Positions 33,801 to 46,700 of a DNA stretch of 64,000 nt are shown here, one piece after another. A program made the position numbers and the translations under genes. A model generated the notes under the pieces. It had not been told where the DNA came from. It was given only the letters and a program-made list of their open reading frames with translations, and ran no database searches. Source of the stretch: Octopus sinensis (lineage: Eukaryota); contig NC_042999.1 in NCBI RefSeq assembly GCF_006345805.1, positions 70,370,001 to 70,434,000 on the forward strand, in the 5' to 3' direction. Every line of letters starts with the position of its first letter. Position 1 is the first letter of the stretch.

Positions 33801-36800
33801 AGTAAATCCCCTCATTTCATGTCACTCTCATCCATTCACCTGCAAATAAATACCAGTAGTAACTAGGGGTTAACACTGCAACAGATTGGCATTCTATATA
33901 AAGGGTGGGTATTATACTCTTGGACACTTACACGCCATTGTAACTGGACTAAACTCTAGCCTAATGAGCTGGTTCATGACAGACTTTAGACCATGTATGT
34001 GTGTGTGTGTGTATGTATACATACATACATATATATATATATACTTCGTTTTTGTATCTGGTTTGCAAGATTCTTTATGTGAATTATGTCTTGAAACAAA
34101 TTTTGTTGTGTCTAGGGAGAATCATCATGCCAATATAATTGACACACACACTGGTTCAATTCTACTCATTTACTAAATATCCAATTTTCTTTTTGTCAAA
34201 GCTCTTTTGGTGCCTTTTTGCAACCTTCTCAGTGACTATTGACTCTGTCTGTTTGTAAGTGAGGTTTTGTTGTGTGTGTGAGTTTGTGTATGTATGTATG
34301 TATATATGTATGTGTGTACCTCTGTTTCCTTTTGTTTGTATGTTTGAGTGTGTTTATGCATATGATTTTTGGTGAGTATGCACATGAGCCAGTTGTGTAT
34401 GCATGTGTGTGTGTGTGGAGTATGTGTATATATGGTCATGTGTTTCTATCTCCTTGTGTGTGTGTGCTTGTATGTCCGTATTACTTATGTACCTACCTAC
34501 CTATGTAAGTATATATATATGTATATGTCTGGGGAGAGTCATTTTCTTTTTGTGCCTTATAATGTAATATACTCACCAGTAAAATTTCCACTTTTTTCTT
34601 ATTTTTATTTTCCTAAAATTTTCGTTGCGTCTTGCAACCTTTTCAATAGTTTTGACTCTAAGGCACAAAAAGAAAATGACTCTCCCCAGACACAACAGAA
34701 TATGCTTCAACACACGAACTCCTATAAAGAATCTTGCAAACCAAATCCAAAAACGAAACATATATGTATGTATATTATTAAATCACTAAAGTTAAAGTCT
34801 GGTCATAGAGTAACCAGTGGTTTTGCATCCATGAAAGCTGCAGCTTATCAGACTTCATACAAAAGACAAGTTTAACTCTTCACCTCTCAGAGGTGGAAAA
34901 ATGTCTCAGTCAATGGGTCAAATGGCCATCAGAGGAAGAAAGTTCCAGCATTGGAGAGGATGGGTTGTCTCTGCTAGACCAATCAATATTAGGAAATAGG
35001 GATCTATCTCGTAGTCTGCTAACAGATCATAGTGACTCTTATAAGCTTAATCAGCAAATGGAGAATCCCAACAGGTAGCGCTTGAAATGGATGCATTGTG
35101 TGAATATTTCTTGATGAATATTCAGCGAACCAGGCTTAGTATATTCTCTAAATATTCTGGCTCACTCAACGATGCAGATCTTGCAGCACCTGCTCCCATT
35201 AGTGTAGGGGCCAGGTTGTTCTAAGATCTTCCGTTTGATATCATATGGGGTCCCTTGATCTTTGAGGTGCCACACATGGCTGGCCAAGGACATGAGGAAA
35301 CGTTATTCTGGGACCCTGAAGGATGACCAGTGTTTGTAGAAGCATAGCTTGAAGACTGTGCTGGCTGATCCAATGTATTTACGGGCTTGGGTGATGGCTA
35401 TGTTCCCATTCCTGGGCTTGGGGGATGTTGTTGTTGTTGGGGCTGTCATCAGGGTTGCTATCATTATGGTCTGGTGGTGCTGGCATGTCTGTTGTATTTG
35501 CAGTTATCAGTGTGGTGGTTGTCTTTGGCGACAGGGTTGGCATTGTTGCTGGTGGTGGTGGTGTGGGTGCTGTTGTTGATAATGTAGTGTGTGGGACTGG
35601 TTACTTCATCGGTGCCATTGGTATCAGTCTGGTCATCCTCTCTGGTTGTGGTATTGGTACTGGGGTCATTGGCATTGGAGCTGATGTTTCTGCCACTGTC
35701 GCCACCTCCAGTACTGTCATTGTTGCTGGATGGTACGTTGTTGTTATTGTGTTGCCAGACCTAGATGTCACCATAACCTCATAAATGACTCCTTCAACCT
35801 CGCATCAGCACCCCCACCCCTACTAGACAGTCATTGTACACCTTGAAGGAGCAACCTGCCTGTTCTCATGTTTTGTGGCTGTTAGTTAATATATTTTTTA
35901 TGTTGGGTGCACAGCTAAAGGAGACCCTTAAGTTGTGTTTGTTGAATAAATGTCTGAATCTGTGTGTGTGTGAGAGAGGTGATTGTCTATTAACCTGAGG
36001 AATAGCCTTCCCACACAAGTCTTGACATTGAGTGAGAAAGGTAGGGCAAACTAAATGACATTTCAGTGGCGCATCCTTTTCTAGGTACTAGGGCCTAGCA
36101 TGTAGGAGATACAGTCTTTAAACCCACTGGATGCCAGTGCCTTATTGTAGTAGGGAGTGACATTGTCAAAGACATCTTGACTAGAGGATAGATTTGAGAT
36201 CCTTATGCTGACGCCCTTCACTAGGTTCTTGAACATGATAGGGGAGGGGGGCAGGAGGCTGTGTTAATATAGAACAGCCTCTCATTTGGCTTGTGATAGG
36301 GTCTGTGTGTACTAGAGCCCAAGCTTAGAGTAATGTATAGGAAGTCAACTATGGTGAGATTTGTCTCTATGGCGATCTTGAGTACCATGGAACCTAGGGT
36401 GCTAATCATGTCTTTTCTAAGTCTATTTAGTATGTGCCTATTGGCTCCGTTACAACAACAACACCAATGACCCCAGTACCAATGCCACAGCCAGAGAGGA
36501 TGACCAGACTGATACCGATGGCACCACTGAAGTAATTGGCCCCACACCCTACATTACCAGCAGCAACAATGCCAACCCTATCGCCAGAGACAGCCACCAC
36601 AGCGATAACAACCGCAGCGACAAAAGACATGCAGCACCACCAGACCAGTGTGTCATAATGATAGCAACACTAATGGCAGCCCCAACAACAATAGCATCCC
36701 CAGGCTAGGTGCCAACAAGAGATGCACCAGGAATGTGAACATAACCATCATCCAAGCCTGTAAATACATTGGATCAGCCAGCACAGCTTTCAAGCAATGC

Positions 36801-37414
36801 TTCTACAACCACTGGCCATCCTTCAGGGTCCTTGAAAGACATTTCATCATGTTCTTGGCCAGCTGTGTCTTGCACCTCAAAGATCAAGGAACCCCATATG
36901 ATATCAAATGTAAAACCCTACACTAATGGGAGTAGGACTGCAAGATCTGCATTGTTGAGCGAGCCAGAATACTTAGAGAATATACTAGGCCTGGCTCACT
37001 GAATACTCATCAAGAAATATTCACGCAATACATCCATTTCAAGCACTACCTGCAGCAAAACTAGGTTTCTTCATTTGGTGATTAAGCTTATAAGCGTCAC
37101 TACGATCTGTTAGCAGACCATGAGATAGATCCCTATTTCTCAATATTGGCTGGTCGAGCAGAGACAACCCATCTTCACTACCACTAGAACATTCTCTGAT
37201 GGCCGTTTGATCCATTGACTGGAACATTATTTCCACCTCTGAGAGATGAAGAGTTAAACAGTTACACTTGTCTTTTGTATGGAGTCTGATGAGCTGTCCA
37301 AAATGTGCGGCTTTCATAGATGCAAAACCATTGGTTACTCTATGATCAGACTTTAACTTTAGTGATTTAATATTTTACTGCTCTATACACTAGAGTGTGC
37401 TTCTTATTCAGATA

Positions 37415-37453
<39 letters not shown>

Positions 37454-37738
37454 ATCACGTGACCGACCAGACCATCAGATGTTGTTACACATCGCTGGTC
37501 ACAATGCGTTCGCATTGTTTTAGCCTTCGAATGACGCCACTCCGCTGGCTAAGCGAGCAGGCCAACAGAAGAAAGAGTGGTGAAAGAGTACAGTAGGGAT
37601 CACCACCCCCTGCCTGAGCCTCGTGGAGCTTTTTAGGTGTTTTCGCTCAATAAACACTCCCAACGCCCGGTCTGGGAATCGAAACCGCGATCCTGCGACC
37701 ACGAGTCCGCTGCCCTAACCACTAGACCATTGCGCCTC

Positions 37739-37791
<53 letters not shown>

Positions 37792-40700
37792 TGGGTGCAG
37801 TGAATAAATTGTCGTCTAAATTACACAAAAATGAAAATAACACAGACATCTCATTTTAACAGGTATATTTACCAAAATTATATAAACATATCTTGAAATA
37901 CTAAAGAGTAAATTTATTCAATAAAGTTCCCATAGGCTTCAACCACAGCTTCCAGATGACTTTGGAATATCCTGCAACTCTTCTGGACAGTCGCCTTGTT
38001 TAATCTGGTAAATGCTACCATAATCCTTGTCTTCAGTTCATCTTTGGTGTTACAAGGAGTTTTGTTAGTCTCTTGCTCAACTGCGTCCAACCCATAATAA
38101 TCAAAGTGGTTGCAGTCTAGGGAGTTGGGTAACCAGATGTTAGGGAGCCATGACTGGGTTCTGCTGCTTGTGTGGCGTAGTGCTGCATCCTGTTACCAGA
38201 CTTAGGGTCTTCCAGCAGCCACCCTCTTCACCCAGGGCAGCACTGCCTCCTTCAGGTACTTGATGTAGGCCTCTTGATGTGTTGAGTCTGATGTAGGCCT
38301 CTTGATGTGTTGAGTCTGCGGCCATGTGGGAAGATGAATGGAGGCATAACATCGCCATCACTAGTGATCCCTCCAAACACCATGATGTTGACTAGATGTT
38401 TGACACATTCATACACATATACACAAACATGTACACCTTGATTCTTCCCCCAGAATGAAGTGTTTATTACAGAGATGCTCAATAAATAAGTGAAATAAAT
38501 TAAATGAATTAGACCTATGAAAACATCTATGTGTAAAGTGGACTGGAAACTGAAAAGTTTTGAATATACAATACAAAGTAGATACAGGTACATTACCTTT
38601 AATCCAAAACATATCTTCTTACAATTCTGTATGCCAAGTTGTCCACTGGTGTTACAAAAGGCAAAATTGTGACTGCAAGCTGATATGTATTAGCAGCAAC
38701 ATGGGGTCAGCACAATAAACAGGATGAAATAAATTGTTTACTCAGAATATTTTCAAAGGTTATATAAAAACCTGCAAAGAGTTTAAATGGGCCCAAGAAT
38801 AAACTAAACCAAATTTATTTCTATTAGAATATTATGTGACTGCATATTTTATAGCAGAACTGATCTGTTCATTAGTTTCGTTAAATTCTTTCTGCTGTTA
38901 GTTCAACTAAGACGCCTTCATTTACTTTCGTTACATGATTTATTTGTTGTTTCTCTCTGAGTGCAAATACATCCTGATCAGTTGCCTACGGAAATACTTT
39001 TTTCAAATCTTTTACAGCCAATATGTGTACAATATACCAATAATTGTCCTGTTGAAGCTTTCTTTAATCTCAAATGTACATTGAGGCTAGTCTTCACCAT
39101 TGACCACAAAAAACAAAATTTTTAAAAATCATTTTTGAAACATTTTTATTATCTTTTAGATGTCTTGCATTTGACATCAATCATGAATTCAAAGAATGTC
39201 TAGTGATACCTCAGATCTTTAAAGAGTGACTAAGATTGAAAGAATTATTACTGGTGCATAGCTGCTTGGGATTAAATTCCATAGTTTTAAATTGAGCAAG
39301 AAATACATCTCTGGTTAGTTCAGTTTAGCAAAGTAGATACTAGTACGTCAAAGAAATTAACTTACTAGTATTCTTATTCAGTGGGAAGAAAACTCAAAAC
39401 TATGAAACTGTAACTTGTAAAACCACCCGCTTATAGATACAAACTAGCGTACAACTGTCATGCCTGTAATTTACATTCGTTGCTGTGGTTTTCATAATTA
39501 TAAATATAGTATAAATCTTTTGGTGGTAAGTTTGTGTTCACAATCATTGCTTATTTGTCATGGCTTTTCAGATGAAACCTGATGTTGAGATATTTTTCGG
39601 AGATCCATTTGAACTGATAAAGAAACAAAACAGACAACTGATACAGGTAATTTCTCAGGTTCTTGTAATTACTATTACTGATTTCTTCATATTCCACATG
39701 GAATATCTATATATATAAAACTGTAGTTGTGTGAGTGTCTGTCCCCTTCGATTTAGATTCCTAACTACTCCCACATTTTGCGGTGCAGTTTAACCAAAAC
39801 CGGGTATCTTATAGTCGTGATTCATATTGAGCCCGTCTGGGTATTAGCGCGCGTCTACAATGAGTCTACGATTTTAAAAATAATTTAACATCATTTTTTA
39901 TTCCATTTTAATGCATATTTTTTCGCGTGTCGATGGTGGCGGAGTTGGTGTCCACGCTCACGCCTGCACCTGTGTTGCTTTTCCCCCTTCTTCCCTCCCT
40001 CGTGAAGCTGTGGGGAAGGGAGTGTAAGGAAATCAACGTCGTAATGCGTTGTCAAGGAGACCAGCATTCTTTTAGAACGACTTCATGGCTTGAAGACACC
40101 AAAACAGAAAATGTCTAAGATGGGTCAACGATTTAAAAAAAAATTTACCATAATTTTTTTTCCATTTTTAATGCATTTTTTTTGCTATTTTTTGGCTATA
40201 ACTCTCTAAAAATGCTTATATAGTTATTTCCCTTACAAACCCGAGCAACGCCGGGCGATACTGCTAGTTCTATATAATTTTTACAATATTTGATCAATAT
40301 ACTTATCTGGTTTTTAACATAGTTTAATGCACTGCAGCTTTGCTCTTTAATTTCCAGATAAATTTTGCTAAAAAAGAAAATGCTAAGTAGAAAATAGAAG
40401 TAAAAGTTGATGTTATATTGTATCATATGTAAAAACTATTTTGTAGGTCTTTGAATTTCAGAAAAATCACAGACGAAGATTTATTAACTATTTAAGAGAT
40501 AAGGCAAGTAATTTTTTCCATTCAGAATTTTCATTTTCTTCTTTTAATATTATTGTTATTATTAATGTTGATGTTATTCTTATTAAAAGGAAGTGCATGA
40601 CATAATCAGTAGAGCACCAGACAAAATATCTTGTGGTATTTTGTTCTGAGTTCAAATTCTGCTATGGTTGACTTTGCCTTTCATCCTTCTAAGGTTAATA

Positions 40701-43700
40701 AAATAAATTTCAGTTAATAACTGGTTTTGGTATAATTGACTATTCTCTATCCCCAAATGCTGTGGCCTTCTACCATTTTCAGAAATCATTAATATTTTTA
40801 ATTCTTTTATTACTAAGACAAAAGAATTCTATTGTTATTTCTATGGCAATAAATTTATTAATTTGATATCACTTGCATTTTTTTGGTCTACTTTGTTATC
40901 TGAAAACTGAAGGTCTGTATGCATAGGTTTACTCACTGCTAGAGAAGGATTGGATTTGTAGCACTTAGAAATGTTATTGAACCATGTGGAAATTATATTC
41001 ATTAATGTCATATTTAGCAACATCATATAGCATCAGATTTGCTGTGCTTTCATAGATTTATCAGTTTCTCTGATATGAAGGGCAAGGACCTGAAAAATTA
41101 CATTCTTCACTCATCACATCAATTAAAGTTAACAAATTATTTTACAAACATTTCTATGGTCTAATTGTTTCTAACCTGGCAGTGTCATTGGATTACAGAT
41201 TTTATCCCTACATTTTACTCCTACATCTCAAAACTGAAAATGTAAATGTCATCTAGAGTCCCTTGGGTTTTGAGCCAACCCTAATTTTTCATTCTAATTT
41301 CATGGTGCAGAGTGGACAGCTTAGTTAACTGAGATTTAGAATTAAATGTCATGCCTTAAATTATGAGATGCCAGCTGTGTCTCCTCAAATACCTACCCTT
41401 CTAGGCTATTTCTCCTTTTTAGCTTTATAAAGGAAAAGAACCAAGATTTTCTGTCTCTTTTTGTCCTTACTATTTCACACCCTTAATTTTTTGTTGGCAA
41501 TAGCCATACACTTTTTAGAAACTGACATTTTTTAAGCAAGTAGATTTAGAGATATATGTCCTTACTGCTAACCATTCAACTTTGAAGGAAGAGTTGAAAT
41601 ATTCTGTTGATGGATATACCACAATAACTTAACACGATTTAAACATTTAGTCTCCTCGGTAGTCTAGCATGTTAACCTAACAGCTGATATGTTTCAGTAG
41701 GAAAATATATTGTCTGATGCCATATTTAGAAAAGAAAAGTTGTTCGTATTGTCCTGCACAGTCAACTCTCATCAAGCAGTTTTATGATCAAAGGTAACAT
41801 TTCTCCCTCATATTTGGACATAGTCCGTCTAATGTATCATTCTTTTTAAGATGATAGGTTGTTATTTAAAGGAGATTTGCTGGTGTTTCCTGCAGATTGT
41901 GTAGTCATGCACTCTGTTGGCTTATGTGCAAGTTATTTTATATGATTGAGAAGAGGAAGGGATAAATCTGAGTGTCACCTTCAAAAGTATATTTGACACC
42001 TATCTCTCAATATGTTATTTGAACTGACTTCACCTCAAAGATAACAAAATTTAACATTATATAAGTCTTGAGGTAAAAAAAAAATACTGTATTGATGTGT
42101 AGTTACTATAAACGGACCATTGATTAATGGAATCTTTTTTTTTTTTTTGCCAGGTGAACAAACAAAATGCTTACATCAAACAAATCAATCAAGCTCTTCA
42201 AGTGAGGCAAGATCTTCAAAAGTACGTAACACTGATTCTTTCAGAAACATTTTCCTAATGTACAGAGTTATTTCCTTTTCTTTTAATATTTTATGTCCAT
42301 TTTATGGCATTAGGAAGGACATCCAGCTGTAAAACCATGCCAACAAGGAAGACAGACGTTAAATGATGATGACAATGACAACAATGATTGAATGAATGAA
42401 TGAAATAGTCTTCACAAATTTATTTTTTTGTAGCAATTATTTATACAATTAGATGATGTTCTCTTCTGTTCTAACCACTAAACTATAAAGGAAGAGTGGA
42501 ACCTGTTTGCTTATATCTATCAGTCAATATTTCTGCTATTTACTTACTGATTCTGGTCTTGTCTAAATGTCAGTCTCCTATTTATTACTATTCTGAGTGA
42601 AGTGTAGAAAATATTCTATAAATCACAAAAATATTCTTATGTATGGTAAATCCATTTCAGGGATATCAGCAAACTAATGGAAGAAAATCTTTATTTGAAG
42701 CGGTTAATCTCAGAAAAGGTAAATGTTACTATGATCCATATCAGTTTCTCACTGATTTTTTTGCTCATGGACTCTTTTGATTCTTATTTTACTCAGATGG
42801 ATCTTCGTAGCCATTCAATGTTTAAAAAAAATCATATTGTATTTTTATAATTAAATATTATTAGGAATTGTATAGAAAAAATTGTTAAATTATTTTGTGT
42901 ATTGTACAAGTATAACCATTTATTGCTGATAAATTTTAACAACAAAATGTTATATAGTTGAGAACCACAGAACTTTACTGATAATGTAGCAGATAAAAGA
43001 AGAGCATTTTGATATGTTAAAAATGTCATCTGATATTATCATTATCATTTCTTTATTTATTCCTTGTTGTTATTATTGTTAATATTGTTGTTATGACTGC
43101 ACTGAGGCTGAATCAGTCCTGACTACATCAAAATCATAATCCTTTGGTAATGTCAAACCAAGTGAAATCATAGTTGTGACCAGTGACAGTGACATGTAAA
43201 AAGCACCTGTGCTGGTGATATGTAAGAGGCAGCCACTACACTCTTGAGGTGATTGGCATTAAGAAAGGCACCCAGCCTTAGAAAACAAACCAAATCAGAC
43301 TGGAGCCTGGTACAGCTCTCTGGCTTACCAATTCCACTCAAACCATCTAACCCATGCCAGCATGGAAAACGGATGCTAAATAATAATGATGATGATGATA
43401 TAGAAGAAGTATATATTCTGATACAGAATTAATTTATATTTGTTGCCAGATTTTCATTCTGTTGTAAGCCTTCAGTTATGACTGAAGAGGGGTGACTGAA
43501 GGAATCATTCTACCAGTGTTCTTAACACGGTCGTCTTCCCTTTAATGGAGAGTATATTATACTTCGATTTGGGATTCAACATTATGCTTTACTCATCTTC
43601 TTTTCTTCCCTTCTTCTGTCATTTTTCTCTTCTTTCTTATCATTCTCTCTGCACTCCTCATACCTTATCTCATTGTATTGACTATATATACATTAACTCG

Positions 43701-46700
43701 CATAAGATATTCTGTTATATCCTGTGGATAGCAGTTAATATTAAAATATACCTGCAAAGGCCTGTTTGTAATGATATTTGCTATGACAGTCTACTTGTAA
43801 CATTACCAACACAGATAAAACTACTTTGTGTAACAGTCACTGCTGATCTTTTTATGACTTCTAATGGATTAGTTACAAGAGGCAAAGAAGCATAGCCATC
43901 ACTATAAGTTAGTATGACTTTTGCTAATTGTTTTAGGTTCTTTTGTAGTCACCTTGCTCTTTCCACTTTAAACCCATCAAGACGTCAAGGATACTACAGG
44001 TGGAAGAGGGAGCTGCATCTGCACTTAGCTGGCATTTAGTTTCATCTGAGTGGATGGAGTTAAGGATACAACATGCCGTCCAGTCCAGAAATCAAATTCA
44101 GACCTTATGATTGCGAGGCCAATACCTTCACTAGGCCAAGCACCTTAGTTACAACCCTACAACACAAAAAAAAAAAAAAAAGAGAGATAGTGTGTATAAA
44201 TTGATTAACTCTAGATAAGAATATATAGTTTGGCTTACCCAGAAATAATTTTAAGTTCCCTGACATTCAAAAGATTATGGTTCTGACTTAATCAAAATTC
44301 CCTGAACTTCAGTGCTACCAGATCTGCACATACTATCTTGATGTTCTAATGATAAATGCTTGGCAATACATGTGTGAAAAAATTTATTTTAAAACTAGCT
44401 TAAAGGCCACCCTATCAGGTGGCTTTTAAGCTAGCTCCTGTGGAGGGCTCTTCAATGGGTCTTGGGCCCAACAATGACACTTCATGCATTGAGTACATAT
44501 TTATTAAACTTTACATTGAGTACATATTTATTAAACTTGAACAATATTTTTCAAGCAATGAACAATTTTCATCAAAACAATAATATAATTTGTTGACATG
44601 GAACTTACTGGAAAGTTGTATGATAAACAACACTTTTTGTCTTCCCATTCGGGGTCAGTACAAATAGCTTGTTCCCATTCCCTGCCCTTGAACAACCAAC
44701 ATATAGCTGGCCATAGGCAACAATAAACATATCCTACCTTCTTAAAAATGATATTAAGACTTTGTGTACCATTAGATGCATGACACTTAGAAAAAAAAGA
44801 AAAAGATAAGTCAGGGTGATCATTGCTGGAATGCCTTTTTGATCAAGAGGTCTACTCAATCAGAGCCAACTTGAGACTAAGCAGTAACAGCTGATGAAAT
44901 CTATCATAGAAAAATAGTTTAAGGACTTCATTGATTTCATTATTATTTCCTAGAATCATCTCAAATGTTTTTGTTTTATATTTTCAGGGTTTAAATTCTG
45001 GAAGTAGGTAAGATGATACTTTTAAAATTACTGTTAATAAGTAAAAAGTTGGATTTGACTTCACATAACTGTAGTCTTTTATGTTTATGTACATCTTAAG
45101 AATACGCTAGCAGTGACTCTGAGTTTCTATCTACATTTTAACTATCTAAACAATATTTCAATTAAACTATTCTCCAATCATTTTCAAGTGCCATACTTCT
45201 ACATGTACATAAAGACTTGCCAGATTGCCAAACTATGAGGTGGTATCAAAAAGTTCCTGGACTAGTTCTGTAGTGCACCAACAGATGGCAGCAACAGTTG
45301 CATGTATGGTGAGAGCTAGTGGTGACCTTCATGAGACAGTGTGCTGAATGACATCACTGTGTTTACTTTGTAAGTTGTGAAATTTTTGTTTTTGTGATCA
45401 CGTATATACTGTAGTTTGTGATTTTGCCATGGACATGCAGCCAACGTAAAATTTCGCACTAAATTTGGGAAGTCTGCTACAGACAGATTGATCATGCTTC
45501 AGCAAGTTTACAGCAATGTGGTAATGGGTTATACACAATATTTTGAGTGGCACAGGCACTTCAAAAGTTGAAGAACCTTCCTGAAGGATAACGAGCGATC
45601 TGGAAGATCCACCATGAATGTCACCCCTGAAAATGTGGTATTGTGTATTGAGAATTCATCCCTCAGGGCCAGACTATCAGTTGAGAGTTCTACTGTGATG
45701 CTTTGAAGCATTTGGGGGAGGACATTTGGCAAAAGTGACTGGATTTGTGGAGTGTGAAGAAATGGATTCTTCATGATGACACTGCACCCTATTACCAAGT
45801 TCTCCTCATTCACGAGTAACAGCATTGTCAAGATCCAGAGCAAATCGCAGGAGGTCCTTGACTCACTTACAGAAAACGGCTTCTGAATGGTATTGCTGCT
45901 GCACAAACAAGTATCTTAGGCTACATACATCAAAGATAATTTCAACCAACTGACATTCTGTCACCTCTCTCTCCCTTTTATACAGCTACTGTAATGGCCT
46001 TTTGCCCTTTGGATTTGGTTGGATTTGGATTTGGTTGGATTTGGATTTGGCCTCACCTCGAGGTTCCACACTAATCACTATACCTAATCTTTCCTTGACA
46101 GAACATCAGTCTTCTGGAATTCTCTCTGTTCATATCTCTTCCATAGGTGTTGACTTATAATGGTTCAAGAGGAACATTAGTGGCCTCACTTTCATCAGGC
46201 ACTGAGCCTTCCTGCACACCCAGCAAGTAAAAGGAAAATGATGGGCAAAACTCACTTATATGAACAGATTGTAATCACTAATTGACACACATACTGTTTC
46301 TATTTTTATCACTACTACAATAATGGCTTCTTCTTTTGCAAATCACACTATATGTCACCATTTCTCAGATACAACCAATATACCAGCCTCTCCTTGTGTC
46401 TCACTGGCCTTAAACTCCATACTAAACAGTTTTCCTCTTTCTCCCACATCTGCAAACTTTCAGAATTCTCTTCCTTGACACATTTTTCCTTCAAACATTA
46501 AATAACAGATGTCTAGACAGAACATCAACTGCTTTAATGTCATCAGTCTCGATGGTCTTCAAAGACCATGCGCACTGCCCTTCATATACTGACTATTAAA
46601 CACGCATGCACACACAACATCTCTTTTTCACAGCTACAATTGTACTTCACTTCAATAGTCACTGAATTTTATCAGAACTATTTTTGAATCAGTTGTTTTT

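Noticed and set aside
35349-35784. Plus-strand G/V-rich ORFs resembling membrane proteins
   Set aside because: Antisense shadow of the low-complexity insert in the Penelope-like element
37670-37740. Possible tRNA gene (also 61850-61920)
   Set aside because: A/B boxes are present but there is no complete acceptor stem, and both continue into repeat bodies
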